Assembly (NCBI GenBank): GCA_965249725.1
Contig: CBDFMQ010000002.1
Span: 1,824,001-1,888,000 of the forward strand
Length of the DNA stretch: 64,000 nucleotides
DNA from: Longimicrobiales bacterium
Lineage (GTDB): Bacteria; Gemmatimonadota; Gemmatimonadetes; Longimicrobiales; Gaopeijiaceae
Direction of reading: 5' to 3'
A model generated the notes under the pieces. The model was not told the DNA's origin. It searched no databases and saw only the letters and a program-made list of their open reading frames with translations. Every line of letters begins with the position of its first letter. Position 1 is the stretch's first letter. This document shows, piece by piece, positions 27,819 through 37,871 of this stretch. Made by a program: the position numbers and the translations under genes.

Positions 27819-29973
27819 CCCCGGGAACCTCCTCGGCCTCGAGCTCGATCACAAAAGGCTGCCCGGGCGTCTCCAGCTTCACGATGATGTGCGGAGCCCT
27901 CACCCGCGCATAGACGAGCTGTGGGGCCTGGGCTCCTTCGATTTCTATGCGATAGGCATCGTAGCGGCCGGCCGGGACGGTCACCCGGGTCCGGTCCAGC
28001 ACACGCACCCGCACATATGCCACGACACCCGATTCGGCCTGGATGACGGGCAGCACTAGTTCCATGCCCTCTTCGAGATCTGCCAACCAGACCGCCACTT
28101 CGAGCATCTCTCCCACCAGCGAGCCGGATACCAGCGACGCCTCGAACGGCTCCGTGTGGCCGTCTGGTAGGATTCGGCCACCGGAGACCCTGCCATCCAC
28201 CACGTCGAGCCGGGCACCCACGCGTTGTCCTCCCCGCGTGAACTCGAAGCTCCCCCCGAGCGGCCGGAACTCCGGTCCGTCGAACCTCACCTCCTGGGTC
28301 AGAACCTGCGGCCCCAAGGTGGTCGACGACCGCAGGGAGAACGTCCCATCCACACCAGACGTGTCCGTTGCGAGGGTGCGCACCATCTCGCCCGCGACCT
28401 CACCGTCCAGGGTGATGCGATATCGCCAGGAACCGGATTCGAGTGAGGACGCATCAAGCGCGAGCGGCGTGACCGTGGGTGTCAGATCGGCCAGGTCGAG
28501 AGGGGACCCATCGAGGTCCACCATACGAACGGACCCCATCGCTGCTAGACGCGGACGCAGGAGGCGGGCGTCACCGACTACGACTACGGACAGATCCTGG
28601 GGTCTCAGGTGGTCCCGGACGATCCTCAGCAGCTCGTCCGGAGTCAGGGTAGCCACCGACTTCGCATAGTTCTCCAACGCCTCGGCTCCAGGGGTCGAGG
28701 TGCCCGCCAGCAATCGGAAGCGGCCTATCTGTCCCACGGCCTGCCTCGAAGTAGCCAGCTGGAGGGGCAGCGCCACCGAAATGAAGCTCTTCAACGCCTC
28801 GACCTCCCCGACGTCGACCGTTTCGCTCCTCAGCGCCTCTAGAGCGGACATGACCTCGGATATCGCCATGTCGGCCGCCTCTACGGGAACGTCGAGCTCC
28901 ACCTCCAGCAAGCCGGGACCGCGGCGGCGATTCAGGGTGGTCGCGGCCGATCCCGACCACTGCCTCGTTCGCAGCAGCGTCTGGAGGCGGGCCTCTGGGC
29001 CTCCACCCAGAATCTGACCCAGCAGCGACAGTCCCGCCCAGTCCGCATCGTCTCCATGTACCAACGCGTGCCCCATGCGGATGACGGCGCGGGTGGACCC
29101 CGGCATGTGAACGATGAGGCTCTGTGCCCCACCCACGGTGGCCTCGGCCGGATCGAGCGACTCCCCGAGCGACACCCCGAACGACGGGCCGACCGCTGCC
29201 CCGGCGGACCAACCTGCGAAACGGGCCTCCAGGCGTGTCACCAGGTCGTCCGGGTCTACGTCGCCCGACACCAGAAAGAGAGCCCCGTCCGGTCCGAAGG
29301 CCCTCCGATGGTACTCACGCAGGTCGTCGGCTGTGAGGTCGCGGACTTCTTCCGGACGCTCGAACCGGCCATAGGGATGTGACCCGTAAACAGCCTGCCG
29401 CAGGGCGCGCGCGGCCACGGCCTTGGACTCCGTCCAACCGGTCTGCAGCTCTACAAGGCTCTGGCGACGCACCCGCTGGACCTCCGACTGAGGAAAGGAC
29501 GGCCGCAGCACGACGTCGGCCATGAGCGCAAGCGCCGAATCCAGCTGGGTCGTCAGTGAGCCCAGCGACACCGTGGTCCAATCCGTGCCCACCACCGCCG
29601 ACAGGGTCACGCCCGAGCGATCCACCGCATCGGCCAGGTCCTGGGGCGAGCGGCTGTCGGTTCCCTCGGTAAGCAGATGCGAGGCGAGCCCGGCGGAACC
29701 GGCGAGGCTGGGGAGCTCCGCCGATCGTCCTCCCGGAACCACGAGGCTCACGTCCACCCAAGGAAGCAGCGTGTCTGATATGATCAGCACCCCTGCCCCA
29801 TTCGAGAGCGTGCGCTCCTCGAGGGTCGGGAAGGCGGGTGGCTGCGGGGGAGTGACCTCGGGTGGCACTTGCTGGGCGGAGGCCGACCCGGCACCTGCGA
29901 GGCACCAGAACAGCGTCGCCCACGCACAGCCGACTCCGGCTGCGATCGGTCGACCTGCCCCGCGCCTAGCCAC
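27811..29973 (-). CDS. M16-family peptidase, non-catalytic subunit, with a C-terminal DUF3108-like beta domain
   Basis: Signal peptide; TLSNG, ALALMADVVLRPSFP, YGSHPYG; no HxxEH; C-terminal VTVPAGRYDAYRI. Confidence 0.8.
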   Translation of the reverse strand: MARRGAGRPIAAGVGCAWATLFWCLAGAGSASAQQVPPEVTPPQPPAFPTLEERTLSNGAGVLIISDTLLPWVDVSLVVPGGRSAELPSLAGSAGLASHLLTEGTDSRSPQDLADAVDRSGVTLSAVVGTDWTTVSLGSLTTQLDSALALMADVVLRPSFPQSEVQRVRRQSLVELQTGWTESKAVAARALRQAVYGSHPYGRFERPEEVRDLTADDLREYHRRAFGPDGALFLVSGDVDPDDLVTRLEARFAGWSAGAAVGPSFGVSLGESLDPAEATVGGAQSLIVHMPGSTRAVIRMGHALVHGDDADWAGLSLLGQILGGGPEARLQTLLRTRQWSGSAATTLNRRRGPGLLEVELDVPVEAADMAISEVMSALEALRSETVDVGEVEALKSFISVALPLQLATSRQAVGQIGRFRLLAGTSTPGAEALENYAKSVATLTPDELLRIVRDHLRPQDLSVVVVGDARLLRPRLAAMGSVRMVDLDGSPLDLADLTPTVTPLALDASSLESGSWRYRITLDGEVAGEMVRTLATDTSGVDGTFSLRSSTTLGPQVLTQEVRFDGPEFRPLGGSFEFTRGGQRVGARLDVVDGRVSGGRILPDGHTEPFEASLVSGSLVGEMLEVAVWLADLEEGMELVLPVIQAESGVVAYVRVRVLDRTRVTVPAGRYDAYRIEIEGAQAPQLVYARVRAPHIIVKLETPGQPFVIELEAEEVPGGG

Positions 29974-31372
29974 CGGACCCCGCAGGCACGGCCAGCACCA
30001 CGGCGCGATTCTCAGGAACCAGGTATCGACGTGCCACCCGGAGCACGTCTTCGGCCGTCACGGCGTCGTAGCGCTCCAGCTCGTCGTTGGCCCGAGCCGC
30101 CCGGCCGCCGTAGAGCTGGTGTCGCTGCAGCTCGGAGGCACGCCCCGGCAAGGTCAGGCGCGCTGCGACCTCCGTCGCCCTTCGCTGCGTCTTGGCCTTC
30201 TCCAATTCCTCGGCTGAGACGCCACTCTCGCGAACCTCATCGAGAGCCGATAGCAGCACCCGCTCCAGGCGCTCCAGCTCGGTTCCCTCGGTCGGTAGCG
30301 CACCCAGAAGGAGCGAACCGGGCCCTTTCCGGCGGTTGAGTACGGAGACGACGTCTCGCGCCACTTGGGTGCGCTTCACAAGAACGGAATCGAGACGGCT
30401 GCTCCGGCCGGCACTGATCACGGAGGAAAGGAGGGACAGAGCGTACAAGTCCTCGTCGACGGCCTCCGGCACGGCATAGGCGATCCAGAGCAGAGGGGCC
30501 GCGGCAATGGGATCCTGGACCGTGGCGCGCCCCTCTCCCACACCGGTCGGCACCGTCGGAAACGGCAGCAACCGGGTCGGCGCAGGACGATCGTCGAGCG
30601 ATCCGAAATAGCGCTGCGCCAGCGTCTCGACCTGGGCCCTCGAGGCGTCCCCCACGACCGTGAGCACCGCGTTGGCCGGCACGTAGTAGAGATCGTGGAA
30701 GCGCTGAACGAGCCCCAGGTCGATCCCTTCCAGCCCAGGACGTCCCGCGAGCGGGTTCCGGTAGGGTCCGTACGCGGAGATCAGGGTATCGACCACGATC
30801 TGTGAGCGGGCGTACGGTTGCGCGTCGATCTGCGTCCGTACTTCCACCGCCACGTCCGCCGTTGCCTCAGTCAGCAGCGCGTCGCTGAACTGCGGGTCGG
30901 CCATGCGACCCGACTGGATCCAAAGCGCCAGGTCCAGGGCGCCCGACGGCACCACCATGTCGAAGGCGGTGCGGTCTACGTCGGTCGACGCCGAGGCGAG
31001 ACCTCCGACATCCGACACAAGGCGCTCCATCTCGGCTTCGGACAGAGAACGCACCCGGTTTCCGAGGAGATGCTCCAGCAGATGGGCGAGTCCCGTATGG
31101 CCCTCGAATTCATGCGCACCGCCCACGTGATACCACACGCTCACCGCCGTGACGGGGGCCGAGTGGTCCTCGCTCAGAATAACGGTGAGGCCATTGTCGA
31201 GGCGGAAGGTCTCCACAGGAAGCACCGCGGAGACCCCTGCGCCGGCGACCGCCGGGGCAGTCGGCGGGCGGGTGGCCGGCTCCTGAGCGGAGATCTCAGC
31301 GCCGCGAAGAAGCAGCGCGCAGGCCCCCACCAGCACGACGACCAACGCGACGACCGAGGGGCGGATGGTCAC
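29966..31372 (-). CDS. M16-family (pitrilysin-like) peptidase, HxxEH subunit
   Basis: Signal peptide; LDNGLTVIL, WYHVG, TGLAHLLEH, YYVPANAVL. Confidence 0.88.
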   Translation of the reverse strand: MTIRPSVVALVVVLVGACALLLRGAEISAQEPATRPPTAPAVAGAGVSAVLPVETFRLDNGLTVILSEDHSAPVTAVSVWYHVGGAHEFEGHTGLAHLLEHLLGNRVRSLSEAEMERLVSDVGGLASASTDVDRTAFDMVVPSGALDLALWIQSGRMADPQFSDALLTEATADVAVEVRTQIDAQPYARSQIVVDTLISAYGPYRNPLAGRPGLEGIDLGLVQRFHDLYYVPANAVLTVVGDASRAQVETLAQRYFGSLDDRPAPTRLLPFPTVPTGVGEGRATVQDPIAAAPLLWIAYAVPEAVDEDLYALSLLSSVISAGRSSRLDSVLVKRTQVARDVVSVLNRRKGPGSLLLGALPTEGTELERLERVLLSALDEVRESGVSAEELEKAKTQRRATEVAARLTLPGRASELQRHQLYGGRAARANDELERYDAVTAEDVLRVARRYLVPENRAVVLAVPAGSGG

Positions 31373-34299
31373 TCTACCCGACCTTCACCCCGTTGAGCAC
31401 CCCGTTGAGCACCCCGTTGAGCACCCCGTTGAGCACCCCGTTGAGCACCCCGTTGAGCACCCCGTTGAGCACCACCGTTGAGCACCTCCGCCAGGTACTG
31501 TCCCGTGAAGCTCTCCGGCACCGAAGCCACGCTCTCGGGACGGCCGATGGCCACGATCTCGCCCCCACGGATTCCGGCCCCCGGCCCCAGGTCGACGATC
31601 CAGTCCGCCGACTTTACCACCTCGAGGTTGTGCTCGATGACGAGCACGGTGTTCCCTGTGTCGACCAGACGGCCGAGGACCCGCAGGAGCTTGCGGATGT
31701 CCTCTCCCGCCAAGCCCGTTGTGGGCTCATCCAGAATGTAGAGCTTCCGCCCTTTCCGGCCCGCCACGCCGGCGAGCTCCCGAGCGATCTTGAGTCGCTG
31801 CGCCTCTCCGCCCGAGAGGGTCGGCGCAGGCTGTCCGAGCCGCAGGTAGCCCAAGCCGACCTGTTGGAGATGCCACAGAATCTGGCCCAACCTATCCTGA
31901 CGGATGAAGAACCGAATGGCCTCGTCCACCGTCAGTTCCAGTACCTCGGAGACGTTGCGTCCCTTGAACCGCACGTCGAGCATCTCGCTCTTGTATCGAC
32001 GGCCATGGCATTTCTCGCACGGCACGTAGACGTCGGCCATGAAGATCATCTCGATCTCGACCTGCCCGGCACCCTTGCAGTCTTCACACCGGCCCCCGGG
32101 CACGTTGAACGAGAAGTGGCCGGCGCTGTAGCGTCGATCCCTCGCGAGCGGCTGCAACGCGAAGATCTTCCGGATCTCGTCCCACGCCTTGATGTACGTC
32201 ACCGGATTCGAGCGCGGCGTGCGGCCGAGAGGTGACTGGTCCACGAGCACTACGTCGTCGAGCGAGCTCACTCCGTCCAGCGAGTCGAACTCCCCAACGG
32301 ACTGGCCCAGGTGCTCCTTGGCGCTGGTCTCACCCCCTTTGAGCTCCCGTTCGAGCGCCCGGTACAACACGTCGTGCACGAGCGTGGACTTGCCCGATCC
32401 GGAGACCCCCGTGACCACGGTCATAGCCTCCAGCGGAATCTCCACGTCGACGCCCTGCAGGTTGTGCATACGACCCCCACGGAGGGTGAGCCGTGGTCCG
32501 TCCACCCGACGCCGGGACTCGGGTACCGGTATCTCGGCACGACCCGATATATAAAGGCCCGTGGCGCTCTCGCTCGAATCGAGCGCGTCGGGTGTCCCCT
32601 CGAACACGACGCTTCCGCCGTCCTCTCCCGCCGCCGGACCCAACTCCAGTACGTGGTCCGCCGAGCGGATGGCCATCGGATCGTGCTCGACGACAAGCAC
32701 CGTGTTTCCGGCGTCCCGCAATTGGCCCAGGAGGGTAAGGAGCGCCGTAGTGTCCTTGGGGTGCAGCCCGACCGTGGGCTCATCCAGCACGTAGAGCGTG
32801 TCTACGAGCTGAGCACCCAACGAATTGGCGAGGTTGATGCGCTGCGCCTCTCCTCCGGAGAGCGTCCGCATCTGCCGATCCATAGACACGTATCCGAGCC
32901 CCACATCGACCAGAAAAGCCAGGCGAGCCCTGAGTTCCCGGAGGATGGTCTCGGCGATCTGAGTCTCCATCTCCGTGAGCTCCAGCCCGAGAATCCACTC
33001 TTGCAGGTCCTCCATCGGGAGCCCGCTGACATCGGCGATGGAGCGCTCGGCAATCCTGATGTAGAGCGCCTTGGGCTGGATTCGAGCGCCCTGGCACGAA
33101 CGGCACGCCTGGGGACTCTGGTACTGCCGAAGAAACACACGGATGTACTGTTTGTAGCGCTTCCGCTCCCGCGAGACGAGAAAGGGAATCACACCCTTGA
33201 AGTCCTCGGCCCCGTAGAGCACCTCCTCTCGAAACTCCTCAGGCAGCTCGATCCAAGGACTATAGAGCGACACCCCTCGCTCCAGTGTGAACGTGCGGAG
33301 CTGCTCGCGCTCCTTCTTGTATCTCGGCTTGGTCCACGGATCCACGGTCCCCTCTTCGATGGAGCGCTGGAGGTTGGGCACGATGAGTTCGACGTCGTAG
33401 TCGAGCGTGGCGCCGAAGCCCGTGCAGGTGGGGCAGGATCCGTAGGGGTTGTTGAAGGAGAAGAGTTGGGGGGAAGGGTCGAAAAACTCGATCTCGGGAT
33501 GATTCGGACAGCGAAAGTGCTCCGTGAAGGCCAGGCGTCCTACCACGTCCCCATCCGACGCGTCGTGCACCAGGACGACGGCCTCGCCCTCGCCCTCGGC
33601 GAAACAGGTCGCCAACGAATCCGCGAGTCGATCACGCTCCTCCTGCCCTGCCGTGAGCCGGTCCACCACCACCAAGGGGTCGGTGACCTGCGTTACGTCG
33701 AGTCCCACGACCTCGGGATCCACCGCGTCTGGCATGCCCAGGTCCACCAACTGTCCGTCCGCGAGGAGCCGAACGAACCCGATGGCCAGCAAGTTCTCCA
33801 CAACCAGAGCGTGATTGACCCGGCCGCTGAACTTGAGCGGAAAGGTCACTTGGATCTTGGCTCCCTCCGGAAGCTCGAGCACCCGGTCCACCGCATTGGT
33901 CACACTGTCGGGGCGTACCTCGTCGCCGCACTCCGGGCAGAAGGTGCGACCGACCCGTGCCCAGAGGAGCCTCAGGTAGTCGTAGACCTCCGTGGCCGTT
34001 CCCACTGTGGACCGGCTCGATTTGGTGGGGTTCTTCTGCTCGATGGCCACCGCCGGTGAGATGCCCTCCACCGAGTCGACGTCCGGCTTCTCCATGCGGT
34101 CCAGGAACTGTTTGGCGTACGTCGACAGCGACTCCACATAGCGCCGCTGCCCCTCGGCAAAGAGCGTGTCCAGGGCCAGAGAGGACTTGCCCGAACCCGA
34201 GGGTCCTGTGATGACGGTGAGCGCACGCCGCGGAAGATCGATGTCCAGGTTCTTGAGGTTGTGCTGACGCGCCCCCCGGATGCGAATCCAATCGTCCAT
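31369..34299 (-). CDS. uvrA: Excinuclease ABC subunit A
   Basis: IRGARQHNLKN, GPSGSGKSS, EGQRRYVESLS, zinc fingers, two LSGGEAQR motifs, GVSGSGKST. Confidence 0.97.
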   Translation of the reverse strand: MDDWIRIRGARQHNLKNLDIDLPRRALTVITGPSGSGKSSLALDTLFAEGQRRYVESLSTYAKQFLDRMEKPDVDSVEGISPAVAIEQKNPTKSSRSTVGTATEVYDYLRLLWARVGRTFCPECGDEVRPDSVTNAVDRVLELPEGAKIQVTFPLKFSGRVNHALVVENLLAIGFVRLLADGQLVDLGMPDAVDPEVVGLDVTQVTDPLVVVDRLTAGQEERDRLADSLATCFAEGEGEAVVLVHDASDGDVVGRLAFTEHFRCPNHPEIEFFDPSPQLFSFNNPYGSCPTCTGFGATLDYDVELIVPNLQRSIEEGTVDPWTKPRYKKEREQLRTFTLERGVSLYSPWIELPEEFREEVLYGAEDFKGVIPFLVSRERKRYKQYIRVFLRQYQSPQACRSCQGARIQPKALYIRIAERSIADVSGLPMEDLQEWILGLELTEMETQIAETILRELRARLAFLVDVGLGYVSMDRQMRTLSGGEAQRINLANSLGAQLVDTLYVLDEPTVGLHPKDTTALLTLLGQLRDAGNTVLVVEHDPMAIRSADHVLELGPAAGEDGGSVVFEGTPDALDSSESATGLYISGRAEIPVPESRRRVDGPRLTLRGGRMHNLQGVDVEIPLEAMTVVTGVSGSGKSTLVHDVLYRALERELKGGETSAKEHLGQSVGEFDSLDGVSSLDDVVLVDQSPLGRTPRSNPVTYIKAWDEIRKIFALQPLARDRRYSAGHFSFNVPGGRCEDCKGAGQVEIEMIFMADVYVPCEKCHGRRYKSEMLDVRFKGRNVSEVLELTVDEAIRFFIRQDRLGQILWHLQQVGLGYLRLGQPAPTLSGGEAQRLKIARELAGVAGRKGRKLYILDEPTTGLAGEDIRKLLRVLGRLVDTGNTVLVIEHNLEVVKSADWIVDLGPGAGIRGGEIVAIGRPESVASVPESFTGQYLAEVLNGGAQRGAQRGAQRGAQRGAQRGAQRGAQRGEGRVE
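31386..31482 (-). repeat. 12-bp tandem array CACCCCGTTGAG x7 perfect plus one 13-bp copy at the uvrA 3' end
   Basis: Directly visible; encodes (AQRG)7. Confidence 0.97.
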
Positions 34300-34325
34300 G
34301 GGTCATACTAGCGTACTGGGCAACC

Positions 34326-34361
34326 CCGTGGAACTCGACCAGGCCGCGGAACTCGACCTCT
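34326..34361. repeat. 18-bp direct repeat x2 in the divergent uvrA/ABC promoter region
   Basis: ccgtggaactcgaccagg / ccgcggaactcgacctct. Confidence 0.7.
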
Positions 34362-34406
34362 GAGAACGGGTAGCCCGCACCCCTCACCACGGCCGAAGGG
34401 ATTAGC

Positions 34407-36215
34407 GTGCAGGGATCGCAGGGAGCCCACCAGGAAGAGGAGGCGCTGGGTAAGGCCTACGACGCTCGCCTGATGAAACGGCTCCTCGAGTACCTAAGGC
34501 CTTATCGGCGGCACGTATACCTCGCAGTCGTTCTCCTGATGGTCGCGTCATTCCTACAGGTGGTGGGTCCTTGGCTGACCCGGATCGCCCTGGACGACGC
34601 CATCCCTGCCAGCGACGGTCCCTTGTTGGCCAAGCTGGCAGGGGCCTACGTGGCTGCGATCGTGGCCGGTTTCCTCCTCATGTACGGCCAGACGCTGCTC
34701 ACCACCTGGCTGGGACAGCGGGTCATGTATGACTTGCGCACCGAGATCTTCGGGAAGCTGCAGCGCATGGACCTGCGTTTCTACGACCGGAATCCGGTGG
34801 GCCGGCTCATGACGCGGATCACCAGCGACGTCGAGACGTTGAACGAGCTCTTCAGTTCCGGGGTCGTCGCGGTGTTCGGCGACGTCTTCACGCTCGGCTT
34901 CATCTTGGCCGCCATGCTCTACATGGACTGGAGGCTCGCGCTGGTGAGCTTCAGTGTTCTACCGTTCGTGGCCCTGACCGCGTTCCTGTTTCGGGCGCGA
35001 ATCCGGGACGCCTACAGGGACATCCGCGTCCGGCTGGCTCGGCTCAACTCGTACCTGCACGAGCGCCTTACCGGCATCGCCGTGGTGCGGTTGTTCAACC
35101 GCGAAGAAGCCGACGCGAGCCGGTACGGCGTGATCAACCAGAACTACCTGGAGGCGCACCTGCGCTCCATCACGTACTACTCCCTTTTCTTCCCGGTCAT
35201 AGAGCTATTCACAGCCATCGCCCTGGCGCTCATCATCTGGCGGGGCGGAGCCTCGATCCTGGAGGCGACACTGACCGTGGGGGTCTTGGCCGCATTCCTC
35301 CAGTACGCGCGGCGCTTCTTCCGCCCCATCCAGGATCTCTCGGAGAAGTACAACCTCCTGCAGGGCGCAATGGCCTCGTCCGAGCGCGTCTTCAAGCTGT
35401 TGGACCGCGAGATCGAGATCGTCGACCCTGCAACCCCGACCGTCTTGGCCTCACCCGTCCAGGGTCGGATCGAGTTCGAGGACGTCTCCTTCGCCTACGG
35501 CAAGGACGGCTCAGGTGCGTGGGATTGGGTCTTGGAAGAAGTCAGCTTCGAGGCGAAGCCCGGAGAGCGCCTTGCGATCGTCGGGCACACCGGGGCAGGC
35601 AAGACCACACTCATCAACCTACTGATGCGCTTCTATGAACCGCAGAAAGGCGAGATCCGCCTGGACGGGATCCCCATCGCGCAGATCGGGCTCGACGAAC
35701 TTCGGGCCCACATCGGTCTCGTGCTCCAGGACGTGTTCCTTTTCAGCCAGGACGTTGCGTACAACATCCGCCTAGGAGCGAACGAGATCTCGGACGAGCG
35801 CGTCCGGAACGCCGCCCAGCGGATCGGCGCAGCGCCCTTCATCGAGCGCCTCCCGGACGGATATGGGCAGCCCTTGGGCGAGAGGGGCTCGACGCTCTCG
35901 GTCGGAGAACGCCAGCTCGTGTCCTTCGCACGGGCTCTGGCGTTCGATCCGCAGGTGTTGATCCTGGATGAAGCGACCAGTTCGGTCGACTCGGAGATCG
36001 AGGCGCAGATCGAAACAGCCACCGACGAACTCATGGCGGGGCGGACATCGATGGTGATCGCTCACCGGCTGTCGACCGTGCAGGGAGCCGATCGCATCAT
36101 CGTGCTCCATCACGGGAAGCTCGTGGAGGAGGGCAGCCACGAGGAGCTGCTCGAAGCGGAGGGGCTGTACGCCCGGCTCTATGAGCTCCAGTTCACGAGG
36201 ACGCCCGCCGCCTGA
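34407..36215 (+). CDS. ABC exporter, fused permease and ATPase (MdlB/MsbA-like)
   Basis: TM domain; GHTGAGKT Walker A; LSVGERQ signature; ILDEATS; IAHRLST. Confidence 0.95.
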   Translation: MQGSQGAHQEEEALGKAYDARLMKRLLEYLRPYRRHVYLAVVLLMVASFLQVVGPWLTRIALDDAIPASDGPLLAKLAGAYVAAIVAGFLLMYGQTLLTTWLGQRVMYDLRTEIFGKLQRMDLRFYDRNPVGRLMTRITSDVETLNELFSSGVVAVFGDVFTLGFILAAMLYMDWRLALVSFSVLPFVALTAFLFRARIRDAYRDIRVRLARLNSYLHERLTGIAVVRLFNREEADASRYGVINQNYLEAHLRSITYYSLFFPVIELFTAIALALIIWRGGASILEATLTVGVLAAFLQYARRFFRPIQDLSEKYNLLQGAMASSERVFKLLDREIEIVDPATPTVLASPVQGRIEFEDVSFAYGKDGSGAWDWVLEEVSFEAKPGERLAIVGHTGAGKTTLINLLMRFYEPQKGEIRLDGIPIAQIGLDELRAHIGLVLQDVFLFSQDVAYNIRLGANEISDERVRNAAQRIGAAPFIERLPDGYGQPLGERGSTLSVGERQLVSFARALAFDPQVLILDEATSSVDSEIEAQIETATDELMAGRTSMVIAHRLSTVQGADRIIVLHHGKLVEEGSHEELLEAEGLYARLYELQFTRTPAA

Positions 36216-36225
36216 GTCTGCCGGC

Positions 36226-37812
36226 CTAGTGCCTGATCTGCGCGGTGTCGGCGGCCAGGGCGCTCGCTAGACTGTCCGCCAGAGCGGCCGCCGCGAGACG
36301 TTCCGCCTCCACGGCGGCCTCACGCTCCGAGACCGGTACGATCTTGCCGCCGACCCTCATGGTGGGCTCCGTCCCCTCGGGGTATCCACCCGCCGGAGCG
36401 AGAGCCGCTTCACTGTACCGACTCGAGGGATTCCAGAGGATCCACTCTTCGATCCCCGCGTCGTACGTGGCCTGAATCTGGGCCCGTACCTCGGGGGCTC
36501 CGTAGGCCGGAGCACCCAGCGTGAAGTCCTGCAGCCAGGGGCGTGTGGTTCCCGCACCCTCCACCTCGGCGGAGCGTTTGAGGGCGTCGGTGAGAGCCCT
36601 CTTCACGATCTGATACGGATGCCCGTTGGGATCCTGGATTCCGAAGCTGCCGACCCAGTAGTGGGACGGATAGACCATGGGGAGAGCGACGTCCATGGCT
36701 CCGATGAACTCCTCCCAGAGTTGTCCGATGCCGACGTCCGTGCGGGCCGAGGTGGTCACGCCGAAGACGTCGGCGGTCATCGCCACCTCCCCCAGTTCCT
36801 CTCGGGCGTACTCCAGGAACTCGCGAATGGCCTGAGTGCGCCTCCGAGGCCCCTGTCCCGGATACCAGGCCCGATTCAGCTCCGCCTCGGGCGCATCAGG
36901 GAAGCGCAGGTAGTCCCACTGGATTTCGGGAAAGCCGACTGCGACGGCCTCCTTGGCCAGGGCGATGTGGTAGTCCCAGACGGCACGGTCGAACATGTTG
37001 GCCCAGACGAGATCCTTGTCGTCAACCCAGACACCGCCCGATGTGTCCTGCACAGCCAGATCCGGCCGATTCCCCACCAGAAGCGGGTCCTTCACGATGA
37101 CGATCCGGGCGATCGGATAGATGTCGGCCTGGTGGAGTCTCTCCAGAAGCCCCACCAGGTCGCGAATCCGGATCTCCTGATCGGCCCCGACCTCGCGCGC
37201 GAACATCACCTGGGTCGGGTGGCTCACATACCCGGTCGCATCCTTCAGGTCGATGACGAAGCTGTTGATCTCCGTCCGCTTCGCCAGCGCGATGAGATTC
37301 TCGGAGCGGAGCCGGGATCCGGAAGCCCAGCCGTTCAGGTAGATGCCGCGGACCGCCTCAGGCCTGGTGAAGACCAACGGCTCCTCCGGGAGCACCAGTC
37401 GGGCCACCGCAGCACCGTCGCCGGTGGTCGCGTTCGGGGCCGGCAGAGTCTGGACCTCGGGCGCGTCGGTGGTCGCGTCAGTGGGCGCGTCAGTGGGCGC
37501 TTCGGTGGTCGCTTCGGTGGTCGCTTCGGTGGTCGCGACATCGGTCATCGGGTCGGCGGTCGTAGTCGGCGCGCTGGTCGGGTCGCTGGTCGGGGCGCCC
37601 GTCCGATCGGGGGCGTCGGCACCCACCTCCGTCACCTCCACACCGGGCTCCACACCGGGCTCCACGTCCATCCACGCTTCGGACGCTGGCGGACGCTCGG
37701 ACCCGTCGGACGCGGCAGCCGGAAGGTCGTTGGTGGACACCCCCGCCTCAGGCGGGGACTCGCCGCGACAAGCGACCACCCACGTGGCTAGTATTGTGAC
37801 CAGCAGCGCCAT
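36226..37812 (-). CDS. Putative glycoside hydrolase (DUF4015-like) lipoprotein with a long low-complexity N-terminal linker
   Basis: Lipobox VVAC; VRGIYL, INSFVIDLKD, EIQWDYLRFP, PMVYPSHY, RPWLQDF, WILWN; start approximate. Confidence 0.85.
   Translation of the reverse strand: MALLVTILATWVVACRGESPPEAGVSTNDLPAAASDGSERPPASEAWMDVEPGVEPGVEVTEVGADAPDRTGAPTSDPTSAPTTTADPMTDVATTEATTEATTEAPTDAPTDATTDAPEVQTLPAPNATTGDGAAVARLVLPEEPLVFTRPEAVRGIYLNGWASGSRLRSENLIALAKRTEINSFVIDLKDATGYVSHPTQVMFAREVGADQEIRIRDLVGLLERLHQADIYPIARIVIVKDPLLVGNRPDLAVQDTSGGVWVDDKDLVWANMFDRAVWDYHIALAKEAVAVGFPEIQWDYLRFPDAPEAELNRAWYPGQGPRRRTQAIREFLEYAREELGEVAMTADVFGVTTSARTDVGIGQLWEEFIGAMDVALPMVYPSHYWVGSFGIQDPNGHPYQIVKRALTDALKRSAEVEGAGTTRPWLQDFTLGAPAYGAPEVRAQIQATYDAGIEEWILWNPSSRYSEAALAPAGGYPEGTEPTMRVGGKIVPVSEREAAVEAERLAAAALADSLASALAADTAQIRH
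37463..37534 (-). repeat. 12-bp tandem repeat x6 (TEAT/TDAP) in the linker, with further 12-bp duplications near 37570 and 37636-37659
   Basis: gcgtcggtggtc gcgtcagtgggc x2 gcttcggtggtc x3; ctccacaccggg x2. Confidence 0.85.
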
Positions 37813-37871
37813 GAGCGGGAGCGGGCGATTCGTGCGCAAAATGTGGCTCGTCCTCTGCGAGGAGTTCCTCG

